From Callorhinchus milii (Eukaryota): 64,000 nt of DNA. Shown in pieces: positions 10,781 to 24,920 of the stretch. Each line of letters opens with the position of its first letter. The stretch's first letter is position 1. The stretch spans positions 1,488,001-1,552,000 of the forward strand of contig NW_024704742.1 in the NCBI RefSeq assembly GCF_018977255.1, given 5' to 3'. The position numbers were made by a program, and so were the translations under genes. The notes below the pieces were generated by a model. The model was not told the DNA's origin, did no database searches, and saw only the letters and a list, made by a program, of their open reading frames with translations.

Positions 10781-13700
10781 AGTAGGATGTGTGATGGGAG
10801 GATTGTAGGGTGAGTATTCTGGAGGGATGAGAGTGGATGGGCCAAAGGGCCTTCTTCATCTTAACCAATTATTGTGATTTGGGGGTTTCAGAATAATGAT
10901 AAATTCATGAATACATTCTTGATTTTTAGGCTTTTTATTTCTGTAGGTCTTAGGAAAAACGGGGGACATCAAAGATTTTGCCACAATTCTTCACATTCTG
11001 AAAATAGTCAAAATCTAAAGCCAGGCAGAATTTCCTGCTCTTGATTGGTGCCGTTTTCAGAGGTAAACAGACTAAGTTACCATAACGTGTTCAGTCACCT
11101 CATGGTTGCTCATGAGACACTGCTGTGTGTAAAGTCACTGACAGTTTTGCTTTTCTAGTCACTGTGCTTGAAGGCAATTACTTTAAAGTGCTTTGAGACG
11201 TTTCAAGGTGTTGAGTTGCTGTAAAAATTGTAGTCATCAACTTGGAGATGATGAGGCCAAGTTGCACCCTGTCAACAAACTCAGACCAGAGAAAAGGACT
11301 AGTTTCACCCGACTTAATGCTTCTGTTATTGGATGCCTGTACCAGACAGTATTAATATTTTCAGAATTTCATAGTACTTATAAAATGATTCCATTTATCT
11401 AAGAAGCTACTATCCTTACCGACAACATATCATTCGATTATCTGGGATTTAACAGAAACAATAAATAACACAAGTCCCACAAGTTTCAATTGAGTCAATA
11501 CAGACCAAGGATTGAAGCTGAAACCATCCTGTAGTCAAATGTAGTGACTGTTTTTGTTTTTGTAGGCAAACAGCAACCCTGGTAAGTGGAGACGTCTCAG
11601 CGACGTGATAAGGAGCTATATCAAATACAAGGATTATAGGATTGTATAGCCGGTTCATGCCAACACATTCTCATAAGATGATTATTCGATTTAACTGGAG
11701 AATACTAGGCATGATATTATGAGATACCCCCCTCTCTTTTCATACAGTGCCAAAAACTTGTTACCAACTTAATAGGTAGATTGAAACCCGGTTTAACGTC
11801 TCATCCAAAGGCCGTCAGTGAAGCACTCTTCTAATGCTTCACTGGAGAATCACCCTAAACTGTGAGGTCAAGTTTCGAAGTGTTTTTCCAAATCGTGCCT
11901 TTCTGTTTACAGAATAGAGCCACCGGAAACTTTTATGAGCCCCCGAATGGGCAAACAGCCGCAGTGTAACATCTCGTCTGAAAGACGGCACATCCAACAA
12001 TGCAACACCCCCGAGCACTGCACTGAAATGTCAGCCCAGTCTGGGATTTCAGGTCTCAACGTGGGACTTGAGCCATGAATCTTCTGTGGTGTTCCAGACA
12101 CTGCCAAGGGCAGGATTGGGGAGGAAGGATAGAGAAGACCAGGCCACGGTAAACAATGCCAACGCTTGATATTTAGCAAAGCCACATTACCCAGATAATT
12201 ACTGTTTAACATTCATATGTGTGTGTGTATATATATATATTTCACACATTAACATCAATACAAAGAAATTCCAGCAGTTCATTAAGGAATTAAATTGCTT
12301 ATTTAGAACTGGACCCAGTTCATAAACGGCCAGTCTGCAATGAAAAGCAATTTACTTGAACCGATGCTTCAGTTACGTCTGGCTCTGAGATAACTCGTTT
12401 CCGTTTAGATTATTATTATTGCAACAGAAATCAAGTCAAGGTAATGGAACAAGATTCTGTAACTGACGCACCGTATAACTGGAGTCTTAGGTCACGGTAA
12501 ATGAGGCCATACAATGCTCCTTAGCACGGAGCTCGTAATTCAAACCTGCCCTTCCGCCAACTGGGCAGCAAATTCAGCCAGCTCATTAAAAGCCCATCCC
12601 CACTGAGCAGAGCGAAGGGCAAGTCATACGTCAAAGGCGTTTTATTCCCCCCCACCACCACCCCCATCAAGGATATGAAGAGAAGATCTTTAGTCACTGA
12701 TGCAATGACCTGTTGATTTAAATTATTATTTAAACAATTTCATAAAGACTAGTTTCGTAGATACACAGGGCCACCACCGTTTAAAGCAGGAAATAGAAAT
12801 CTTATAATCATTTTTAATTCTTACTTTTTTCAAGAAAAATGCACGCACATCACTGGTAACTTCTTAAACCACATTAGCATTTACTGGTAACTTCCATAGG
12901 AATATTTGTTGTTGCCACATATTAGTAGAAATAAATTCTTCATTTTGTGTAATATCCGGTCCGCCTTTCTAATCAGTTTGTTTTTTCAAGATAAAATCTA
13001 ATCCAGCCGTCAGAATATTAACTATTCAGTTAATTCCTGAGCAATCACAGTGCGGAGCATCACTAGCTATGTATTTTAATGGGTTGTTTATTACAACTGA
13101 ACACATTACAACATTACCGATTATGAACTGGCTTTTGTGTTGTAAACACAATTCAACTGAAATATTATCAATAGAAATAGATAATATTTCAAAAGAGTCA
13201 TACCGTATTCTAACAACTGTTCACTAAATAGAATTTCATTACTTGTAGGCATATCGGAAACGTCAAACAAACAGTCACAGCCGAATACAGATATTCGGTA
13301 CATTTTTATGGCAGGGACTTGAAGTTTGCTCCCGGATTTCCCTAATACCCCACAGAACACCACCATCAGTGAAGCAGCTTGCAGAACACAACCCCAATAG
13401 GCCTGCAATGCACAAACCCCATAAGCTCGGTCGAAGAGCGGAGGTGGTGGATTGGGGAGTGAGGAGGTCGGAGAGGGAGGAAGGGAGGGAGGCGCCAAGG
13501 AGTGAAGGGATTTGGAAGGAATCTAATGGTGATCAAATTCCTAAATGTGGGAGCTTTCACTGATAAGGATTAAATAAGGCTCCCTATTTTCCGCACTTGA
13601 AGGCGAGCGTCCACAGTCCTGAGCTTTTGCTTCTTTCTTATGTTTTTTTTCCTCACCAAGGTGAAAACCATAGCACTGACTAATGGAACACTTTCCATTG

Positions 13701-16700
13701 GTGGCATCCATCAGGCGCATTCAGCAAGACACAACCCTTTACATTGCTCCACTGCGCACTCAAGTAATGCTCACCCATAAAATACACAGTCAACCATTTT
13801 ACAATATATTCTGTGAAGTGCGTTGAGATGTCTGAATGATGCAATAAGGCACAATGTCAAATGTTACCCCTGTGATTGAGGGCACCAATTTAGTGAGGAT
13901 GGTGTATTGTGAACTCATATCCAATAGACATTGGGTTGATCTATTCTATATCATCTCCATCATATCGAACCGACACTAATAGAAGTAAATTCGCACTAAA
14001 ACAAATATTATAGCTGGCAAGGTACGAGACTAGGTTAAAAACCCAGGTTTCTTAAACGATTATCTAATTTTTTTTGGCAAATTATTTTTTGAATAGATAG
14101 TCACATGAATTTTGCAATCTTGCGAATTGAAACAAAGAATGGCATGAAATCGGACATTTCTTGATCTGTGTTCGGAATCACTTTTCACGATGATTGTTGG
14201 TGACCTCGTAATGATAATAATAATAATCCTCGCATTTGATATTGCGCCTTATCACGTCTTCGAGACGTCTCAAAGTGCTTCACAGAATATACTGCAAAGT
14301 GAATTGACGATATATTTTCTGGGTGAAACGTACCTCTGAAAGGGTTTGAGTTTTTGTTTAATTAACTAATGGTCCACAGTCATTCTGTCCAAATATTGAA
14401 ATGTAGATTTACACAGTCGTTTTGTAGGTTTACTAATAATTAAAGCAGGAGAAATCCATAAATCTTGCTATTTGTAGGAGGCTTCGTGTAATTATTATAT
14501 TCTGCCTTTATATCTTTCGACTCTGGGAATACATGCGTTTCCATGGATAGATAGGAATATTTTTCATTTCGAACCTTGGTAATGGAAACTCACATTTGGC
14601 CTTTCAAGCAGATTAAAAACCAAGTCTGTCAGAGGGAGAAGTGATTACACTGAACACATTCTCAGATGTCCGACCGACACTGCAATGATGTTAAAACTCT
14701 TAAGAATAGTTCAGCAGCCTTCCCAGCAGCTCTCTTATCTCATATGTTTTAAATTCTAAGCTTTGCTTCACACATCTGTCTGTGATGGATGAAGTTGGCC
14801 AGGCCGCTGCCTTGGGTGACACTGAGACTCAGACTCGGGTTTGATCCAAGTCTGTTCTCGGTCAGTTGCTTTGAGTCAAGGCTGCAATGGCTTCGGGACC
14901 CTAGAGTTAGGGAGTGAAGGGGAGAGAAAATAAATCAGTGGAGGTTGTCAATTCCAGTCAGAAGGAACTGCTTCACTGAGTGGGTTGCTCGGGTTTGCAA
15001 TTCATTACGCTGATTTTTTTTTCTGGTCAGCTGGCTGTCAAATATCGAAACCCAACACTGCGTTTAGGGATATCAAAACCAGACAGATTTTCACGTAGAC
15101 ATTTCCCTGTGACTGGGGATGAAGGCTGGATCAATCGAACCATTCAGAAGGGAACTGGATAAGAACCTCAGAGGTATATTCGTTAAGGAATACAGGCGAA
15201 AAGCTGGAAAGTTGAATCCCTGAAAAAGGGCAAATGAAAACTAAAGGCAACAGTGTCACATGATGGGTCAAATGGCCTTGACAACAAAACATACAGTATA
15301 TCAATTCAGTGAAATCAATTCCCTTTACAGTATATTCTGTGAATATTTTATCCGGCTATTCCCTGAAGTGTTCAGTCATGTTCCTTTGATGTTCTTTAAC
15401 CAACTGTTGCCTTTATTTTGATGAAAACACTGGTGCTTTCGGTTCCTCAAGACATACCAAAATACAGGAATCACAGCAGGATTCCTAAATATTGAATTAC
15501 GCTGGTCACCAGATGCACTTCTCGATTATTCATGGAAAATCCCTGGACGGGAGTTTCCACAGGTCTCGACAGTCACAACCGTTGTTCAGTATTTTGAAAC
15601 CTATTGCAACTCCTGCAATTTGAGAATACCGGAAAATGTTTTATCATTTGCTTCAGTTTTATCAAAAGTTTTATCATTTGCTTCAGTTTCCGACCCCTGC
15701 TCTGATTCCTCAGTCAGGAGACATTTCCTCATGGCTGGCCCCATCCACCTGCTCAGAAACTCTCTCTCACTTGCAGGCAGCATTCCCAACCGGCCCAAAT
15801 CAATCAGAATTGGGGTTCATGCCAAGCTCCGCTCCTCCAACCGATAGGAGTGTAGCAGGTGAGCGCGGGAATTTTAGAACTGGGGATCGGGGGCTGCTGT
15901 ACGTTTGCGTTCACACGATCTCACTCACAAATTAGTCCTGCAAATATAACAGAGCAACAAGAGGAGTTGGGAAGGATTTATTTCTTTATGAAAAAAGAAC
16001 TGGTTTGGAACTAACAATTTCAAGAAAGAAATGCCTTGTGATGGTTAGAAACCAGCCGGTGGGAACCCTACAGGGAATAAGACATGTTTTTTCTTTACTT
16101 GGAACCTGTAAAGGTTCTGTGGAAGGTATTCCTGCACCAGGATATCACAGGTAACTTGTCTTTTGAACCTTCTTCTGCTAGGTCCCACTGTGAAGCACAC
16201 AAACACACACACACACTTCACTGCTCTTCCACGTCTCATCATATCTTCAGTCGCCCGTTCCTGAGATCATCCAATTAGCACTGAATTGCGAGCAGCTTTC
16301 ACGTTGGTTCACGTCAACCCAGAATTGTCTCAAGTCCATTTAACGTATCGTGTTCAAAAACCTTGTTTAAAAAAAAGGATGGAATCATGTGGGGAGGGGG
16401 GTCAAAATGGCCTTTGGCTTGACATGTAGAACCAGCAGCTTTTTCATACAGGTAATAAAGCTGATGACTTTTAATAAGAGTTCAGGAAACCTAAAGGCTA
16501 CCGAGTACGGCTCGTCTTTATTATGTAAATAGATCCTTGCATTCATTTGTTTGCTGTGCAGTCAGGCATTTTGCCTGGAACAACACACAGAGAGCAGTCA
16601 TCTGTCATGCCCGCTGGCTTCTCTCGGACAGCTCACAAGGATTCGATTAGCTCCTCTGGGGTTGACTTGAAATGGAACCACTCTAAGGGCGAATGCAAAA

Positions 16701-16893
16701 CCACTCAATTGGCTGCCAAACCCACCCCGACTGCAGACAGCAACTCCTTTTTTAATAAGCCCGATATAGTAATTGGCAAAAATCGCAAGAGAAAATAAGT
16801 ACCCTCAAGACCGCATCGATTTCTCCAGCTGTAATTCCTTCCCGTGCAATCTCCCCTTCAACATGCAGAGACCTGACTTGCTAGCATCCAGAG

Positions 16894-17760
16894 TGTTAGA
16901 ATATACACTTTTTGTACACTGCTAGAATCATAATAGATGCTGTGAATGGGTTAACTTTTAAGTTAAGTGTGGGGGACAACTGGACTGGCAGTCATGGGAT
17001 AGGATTCATCTGGATTTCTCTGTTTTTGAAAGAGTAACAGACAGGGGCAGTGGGTCACCTCTTATCAGTAAATGACAACAAGCCACAGAGGTAACGGTCC
17101 AAGGTACCGGTCGACACAGGATCTCAACTGAGCAATAAGTCGCTAGATTCTGACAGGGCCGAGCGACAGAAGGCAACCCTCAAGAATAGCAATTAATGAG
17201 CAAGTTGTTTAAACTAGAGGGCCTCGGTACCATCCCGGGATACTGATAAGAAATAACCAGTCACTTAAAATGAATGTACTCATGATCCCATACCACAAAA
17301 TAATGAGCACCAGATACAGTCCCAAACTGATCAATCCTCTATCTTAGTCAATTAGATCAGATATCGGTGGTCTTAAGGACAATGTGTATGTGTGCTGAGG
17401 CACGTACACCCCATGAGGCGTTCACGTGAACCCAGCATGATTTTGGCCAGGTGACCTAATGTCCGCACCATGATTGGATGGACACAAGCTTAAGACACGG
17501 TGCCAGACCAAGATCGGTGCGCGCCCGGGACAGTACCTACCGTGGATGGAAGACTGAGAGCTAGAAGACAGAAGTAGACGACCACGAGGAGGAATTACGC
17601 GGTAGTATTATTCTGTTAGTTGATTGATTGATTGATTGTGCTTACTTGCCCACGCCCATCGGGAACTTGGACGTATCCTGGTGTTTAATAAACACTACTC
17701 TGGTTGCAAACAGTGGTTGTGTTTGATTGGAACTCGAAAAGAAGATTTTATTTTCTAACA
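16894..17760 (+). mobile_element. solo LTR (ERV- or gypsy-type), 867 bp
   Basis: Termini TGTTAGAA...TTCTAACA (8-bp inverted, TG..CA), flanked by AGAG at 16890-16893 and 17761-17764 (4-bp TSD); AATAAA at 17687-17692. Confidence 0.85.
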
Positions 17761-20700
17761 AGAGCCATGTTGTAACTGTCTGCTACGTCTCGCAGCGGAA
17801 GCTTTTTATATCAAATTGGAGGCAATATTTGTCTTTAGGATGTCCTCCCGGTGTGAAGAACAACAACAACTTGCATTTATCTAATGCCCTTCACGTGTCT
17901 TGGAGAGCTTTGCTCTGGGACACTACCCCGTAAAAGGCACTACATAAACGTAAATTTGTCTTGCATTGTACTTTGCTGCAACTGTGGATCTTGGCTCTAC
18001 TCTCCATCAGCTTCAACCCTTTCTTCACCAGGTTTAGCCAAATCCACAGGCAACTTCTGTACTTTTAGACTACGCTTTTGGCCGTCGTCCCTCACCCCCG
18101 GGTCGGATGCAAACCCTGGACTGTCCAGCCCCTTTAAAAATGTCCTCCCATAAAATATACAGTCAATTCACTTTACAGTATATTCTGTGAAGCGCTTTGA
18201 GACGTCTTGAAGGCATGATTATTATTATTATATCAATGTAACTTTGTGTTGTATTGCACCCTGCAGCAACAGTGAGTCTCAGATCCAATTTCAGGAGCAT
18301 AATGCCTGAGGATGACAGTCATAGTCTTGCACCACCGTTCTTGTGGCCTTCTCGCAGTGAGATGTCTAAGTGGGTTGAGAAGCACTCAACAGCAAAACGT
18401 CTCCAGAAAAAGGCTCTGTGGCCAGGACTTACATTTTCAGGAAGGAAGCAGGCACAGATCATGCTGACCTGCCCTTTCGGGGGCGATCTTAAAAAAAAAT
18501 CAACTTTTTACTCAAACAAAAGGGAAGTTGGGCATTTCAGAAATATTGTCTGGGTGAGTGTGGGGTGGTTGGGGGGTGGGGGTGTGGAGGGAGAGACTCT
18601 TCTCCTTTGCTGCCAATATAATTTCGTCAGATGGAATGGAGCGAAAGAAATATTGACTTCCAGCTTCTCAAGCAATGTCTGCTTCTCTGGTCTTTTAAAG
18701 CCTCGGGGAGCTCACACCTACCTGTGATACCAGGAGAGGAAGACAGAAAATACAGAGCAGGAATGACCTTTTAACTTGTACAGTAGCTACAAGATGATAT
18801 TAACAGTCAGACCTGAGCTTCTCTTTGAGAGTATGGATCCTGGGGTCACTGAAAGAGCTTTTTTTCAAAAAAAATATTATTTCTGGATATGTTCACTTAA
18901 TTCTTGCTTTAATCTCCCGTTCAAAGTAGGTTCTAAAGGACAGCAAACTCAAAACTGGCAAGCTGCCTTTTATTACTATTTGCTGTAAATGCCTTCCTCT
19001 CTGCTACCCAGCTGATGATTCAGATGGATTGATGAGTCACACAGAAACAAGCTCTGTACATCGTTTCTATAGCATTGGTACAAAAAGAAAACTCAGAAGC
19101 TTCAAGCAGATCGACCTACTCTGTGCAAACAGCTGTGGTTATTATCTCTGTGGGTTGGATTTATCATATTAGGTTCCAAACTAGCTCAAAGCCCTATTGC
19201 TGTGAAAAGCGACAGATTAATGGGAAAACTACTGTATCACGTACTTGACTGTAGCAATTCGAGCCATTAAAATATAATTTCAGTGGCGTGCTAAACATAT
19301 GACATGAGCAGTCGTTCTTGGCACCATTGATGGCAGGCAATATGGTGCAGCATAGTCTCATAATGGTGTGCCCATGTAATGGTTTACAGTTTAAAACTTG
19401 GCCCACAGCACAAGATCAAACACTTTATACATAAGGAGACTGTGAGAAGGATTCAGGACAGAGAACAATCTGCCTTGACTGAGCCCAAGACTGCGCTTAC
19501 TTTGGAGGCGTTGTGGGTCATCTGCAGTGAATTACACCACTCTCGCCCACTGCAAACATTTCTATGCTGCTACCAATGACTGCTATAATTCCCTCACGGT
19601 TTAACACCACATGCAAGAACGGTAAATGTACTGTGAATGCAGTGTTTGTGATTTCTTATGTCTAGCAAAATAGTGTTCTCTGCCTCCCCATTTCTCCGAC
19701 AATAAATTCCAGCCTCAAACGAAGGTCCATACTGCACACGCATGGCATTCAATTTGTTATTCTGGGCTTCTATGACCCTCTTGAGCATAACTGCCAAAGT
19801 AACACCAATTAGAGCAGAAATCAAAGGCAGTTTTTTTTTGCTCCATATTTACATCTTCTGGGAGCTGGAGGATTGCTACTCTAACTCATTTCACATCGAA
19901 CCATTAACTATCAGCAGTGAATGTGAGGACCATCATTTCTAAAGATGAAAACAAATGTCGTGAGCATAACCAGAGCATTTGACTAATAGTTTTCCATAAA
20001 TACAGTGTTTTTTTTTATTTAGCATCCCAATGCGAATCGTTTATAGAGCCGGATTTAAATCAATAAGTATTGTTTTCATTTGAAAACACAGCTTTCAAGC
20101 GCACGACAAAAAAGAAGAAATATACTGACAACCAAACAATAGAGCTGGAATTCCTTCAAGTCATATGAATGATGTTGTAAGATCGACTCCTCACTTAAAT
20201 GTATTAGTTGCTTTTAATAATAATCCTTTTACTTCAGGCTGTCGCCTCAAGTGTAGTGACTGTTTTGTAGGCAGACACAGCAGACAATTTTACATACATG
20301 TCCCACGTACAGCCATAAAGGGAATAAACAATTTTATTTGGAGGGATTATTGCCGAGGAGAAACTCCCTTCTCTGTTTGAATAGTAACAAGGGATCTTCT
20401 ACGTCTACCTGAACAAACACACACTTCCACGCATTGGAACTTGTTCAGTGTTGGCTAATGCTCCAAGTCCAAATGTGGGGCTTGAACCCATAACCTTCTG
20501 ACTCAGAGACAAGATTGCTCCCAGCTGAGCCAGGCTGACATATCACACACATTGTTGCTGGTGAATCGATTGCTTTGAATTCTCAGAAACCCTCCAAAAC
20601 AAACTGAAAAAAAATTGCAAATAATTAATTCTTTTCAGAGAGTAGGAAAAGGCATAATGATTTGGAAAATTTACTCTTCACCTGCACCTGGATTTCGTTC

Positions 20701-22534
20701 TCCCTGAATGATTATTGAGACATGTTTAGTGTTATCTTCCCAACGGCAAACCCCGTCTTGAGCTAAATTCTATTCAGCAACAATAAAAGCCTTTAATTGA
20801 ATTCACTGATTACATTTCAGAAGCATTTGACTGTGGGATAACCTAAGAAGAATGCAGGTTTAGAGATGTGGGTCTGAAGGCGAATACTTATTGAGCTGGA
20901 AATTAGGACGGTTTCAGAACTGCAATCTTTTTGATTCGAGGTCCTTTTTGAATGAAACGGTAAATTAGTTAAAACAAACCAAAAAAATATAAACAAGAGG
21001 AAAAGATATCCGCCACACAGCAACCTCTCGTCAACCGCTGAGGAATCTGAACCCGTCGAGCTTACAAAATGAGCGAAACTAAATCAACGCAGAGGAACAC
21101 AGCGGAACCATGTACTAACACGGGGTTAGGGTTCCAGCCAATTCCGACCGCATGACTGGTGGTGTCGCTGCCCGGTGGAAGCCGACCGGTGTGCCCACTC
21201 GAAAAATGGCCAGGCCTACAAGTGCCTCTCACAGGAAGGACTTGAGCAGCCACCCGATGACCCCGGAAATCAACCGTTTTATTTGCGCCCGGGATGCGCG
21301 TGGGTGGTGTGAGGGAAGCTGGACTTGGCCAACCCCCGACGCGGGAACGAAGCACCTCGTGGTTGAAGCTCCACTGTACTTTCAAGACGGCAGGAGTGGG
21401 GCTAACTATGAAATGGAAAATCTTATCCGAATTCGTACGAGAGTATTTCTCAGTGGGAAAATCGGCAAGACCGTTACACGCTCCGTGATGCAAGGATCAT
21501 TATTTATTTTTATAAGTTGTTGTGGTTGAAAATGCAATCCATTACGGCGCAGTAGAAATAACACACGCTACCAGCTAATTGGCCAGATATTCTTCGAATC
21601 CGTTATCATAACATCAGCCAGCAGGAACGGTCTTGATAATCCCGACACGCAATACATTAATTAGGGGCCGAGCAAACAGCAAACTGTATCTGAAGAGAAA
21701 CATGCAAACGGGCAGCGTGATTTAGTGGAGGAAGTCAAGTCATGTAGAATCGTTGTAGTCCATTTATTCTGCTGGCTTTAACTCATGTCACCCAACTTCC
21801 TAGCCTGCTTGTAATGCCTGGATATTCTACATTGTCCGCGCTTGCCAACAAAATACAGTCACTACCCAAACAATAAATCCTGTGAAGTGCTTCGAGACAT
21901 TCTTCCATCAGGAAAATCGTTATATTAAATGCAAGGATAATTATTTATTAATACACGAGTTCCGTATAGTACCAACATCAGGAAACAGTCCTAATTACCA
22001 CATCTTGTCACATTTGTCTCCCTGAATACCCCAGGCTTCACACTATTTGCGAGTCAGGCAGTGATAATTTAGCAATAAATTACACTTGTATGGCGTCCTT
22101 CACATCGGAAAGACGTCTCAGGGCGCTGGACGGTCAGGGGTTTTTGGACCCAAGCTGGGAGTTGGGGTCAGGAGAGATGGAGGGCGGGGTGCGGGGTGGG
22201 GAAGTGGGAATAACCATTAACAATCAAGGTTAGGATGCAAATATTTAAAGGCAAATCCAAAGTGCCAATGAGAGAGCAGCTCTCCTTTCACTGAGCTGGA
22301 GAACACCATCACATTTTCATTCATTTTATGAAGCAGTTCAAAAGACGTCAGCTTTTCTCAACAAGCAGCAGGCTGTCGCCTCCGGGTTAGAAGATTGTGA
22401 ATTCAAACCCCACGTCGGGTCTTTGAGCTCATAGTTAGTACCCCCTGTGTGTACAGGAGGAACACTGCGTTGTCTCAGGTGTCGTTGTTTGGATGAGATT
22501 AAATTCAAGTCTCACTAACACTTAACGACCGTGA

Positions 22535-23191
22535 AAAAGCTGGTTAAGCCGGACACATTTGGGCCAACCGTTTTGTCCGGCTTACAACAACAACAACAAC
22601 AACAAGATTCCATTTATAGAGCGCCTTTCACGTCAGGAGGACGTCCCAAGGCGCTGCACAGTTGGGTCATGACCCGAGCAGGGGGGAAATGGTCAGGGTG
22701 AGGGAGGGAAGGGAGGGAGAGAGGAGGGGGGAAATGGTCAGGGTGAGGGGAGGGAAGGGAGGGAGCGAGGAGGAGGAAGAGAGTCGAGAGGGGAGCTGAA
22801 GGCTTAAGCAGCGTCCAAGGTTAACCAAAGCTCCCTGACCTCTCCCCGCTCAGCAGAGGAGCTGGCAATGGAAGAGGACCAGCTAGCAGCGCTCCAAGGT
22901 GATTGATAGCCTTGGAGCAGCTTGCGAATGGAACGGGCTCCGGCCATTCAAAAGCAGCTCCAGCTGTCACTCGATCGCGATCTGACTCCTCAACTCGTGG
23001 CTGAAAGCAGCCGCCTCCAGACACAGAAGCGAGCAGATTCAGCGGGGACCAGTGCGGCATTTTATCCAGATTAACCGGATTGCTGTAACGAATTAACCGG
23101 CACATTTAAAAACGGATGCGAATGAATCGCTCGTTCGGTTTACCCGACATCTGGGGTTGACCGGCAAGTCCAGTTAAAGCGGATTCCTCTG
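22535..23191. mobile_element. Tigger/pogo-like non-autonomous DNA transposon interrupted by the L2 copy
   Basis: Right end ...gtccagttaaagcggattcctctg|TA resembles Tigger TIRs; repeated ttaaccgg/ttaagccgg motifs; left end degenerate. Confidence 0.5.
22585..22800 (-). mobile_element. young 5'-truncated L2 LINE with TSD GGCTTA
   Basis: (TTG)n tail; near-identical to 34050-34286; GGCTTA at 22579-22584 and 22801-22806. Confidence 0.85.
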
Positions 23192-24764
23192 TAGTTAGAG
23201 ATCTCTCAAGAGGCCATTCTGCACGACTGCAACTGTTTCACCGAGTCACCAGATACGGTACATTTATGGAAAATGTCTTTCCTCTTGAGAAGCAGAAGAG
23301 CAATGCCGTAGTTGGAATCATCAACTTCCAAGTACAGGGCACCGCAGCGGAGTCATTGGTAAAAAGGCAGCGAGTAGACATTGGCTATCGTGGTAATATA
23401 GCATTGACGGCACAAACTGAACAGAGCTTTAAGCTAAAACTGGTTTGCTAACCGTTGTTTCTAAGCAGACCTTTTGTAAAAAACATTTCATTCTAAACCT
23501 ACTCCCAAACCCTCTATTCACTCTCTCTTGCCATCTCCCCACCCAACACACTTACCCAACACAGGGACTGGAATTTGCTGCAATGCTTTTTTTTTTGAAC
23601 CCCTTAAAAAAAACCTTCACTGTATTGGGGGGGGGTGGATTAAAGTTGCTGATCTCAAATGGAATCGTCAGCAAGCGAGTGGGCAATGACCAGGACGGTC
23701 CGTAATATGAAGTAACACAGTGCGAGACAGATAAGATTTCACCACCAACAGCCTCGGAGGCTTCAGAATACAACCTGATCCTGAGCTATACGGCAAGATA
23801 AAAATGCATTAGTGACAGTTCCACAATGTAAATGCAACACATGTGAGGCCCAAATTAGATAATGATTAAGGAATGACTATGATTCTGTGGCGTTGAGACT
23901 CCCACACAGTGGTTTATTCTACATGGAAGTCTCCTAGACTGATGACTCTGGGGTTGATCTTCACAGATTTCCTACAACTTCAAAGATCCCACTGTACCTC
24001 AAAGAGAAATTAGTTTGTCTGAAGTCAAGTGCATGGCAAATGAATACAGTACAGTCTTTGGGATCCAGAATGTGCGAGTCTCTGGATTGCTAGAGACTCA
24101 GGATTGCTGGAGTGCTGAGTCCTGCTGGATGCAAAAAAATAAACCCAAACCGCCACAAAATTAAGCAATTAAATCCCTAAAATCAAAAGATGGACCGCAA
24201 GTGGATCAGTTGCTCTCCAGAGCTGTCAGGTAAACAGAGAGGAGTAAAACGATGATGGGGGAAGACCAGCTTTTCCAACTGTTGGATATAGTTTAACATT
24301 GGAATAGTAAACGTTCACACAGCCTGCAGACGTAGTTTTAATTGAACTGCTAGTAACCTACATCTGTCGTCCACTGAATCAGGATTAGTTGCTGCTGAGC
24401 AGCATTGATTTCAGGAGCAAGACAAGCCTGGTGATGTTAACAAACAAATGATATGAGCTCAAGCAGGGCAATAATTATGTTAGCCAAATGCAAAATCTGA
24501 ATAAATGAAGGCTGAAATGAGCGGTGTGGTGGCTCATGCATTTACTGAGCTTACTCACCTTAGCAAAAAGAGTAAGATTTGACTCAGTCTTTGCAATGGC
24601 AAAACACGTTTGCATCTTGTTTCCACAATGTCAACCGCGCAGCTGATGTGGGCACACATCATAATTAATGCCAAGCGACTATTTGTAGGAAGATACAGTA
24701 GCCAATTTGCACAGACAAGCATGATGTGGGCCAAAAAAAGGATGCAGGTTGAGCCCACCCTGAT

Positions 24765-24920
24765 ATAATAATAATAATCTCTGCATTTGATATGGCGCTT
24801 TTCAAGTCTTCTCGACGTCTCAAAGCCCTTCACGGAATATGCTGTAAAGTGAATTGATCGTATATTTGTGGGCGAAACGCGGCAGCCAATTGCGCACAGC
24901 AGCGTCTGTCCCACAAACAC
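24765..24920 (-). mobile_element. SINE 3' fragment (representative of many, e.g. ~1127, 3470, 14215, 18145, 25540, 26380, 34455, 42600, 54460, 57240)
   Basis: gctgtgcgcaattggctgccgcgtttcgcccacaaatat...aaatgca...attattatt. Confidence 0.8.
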
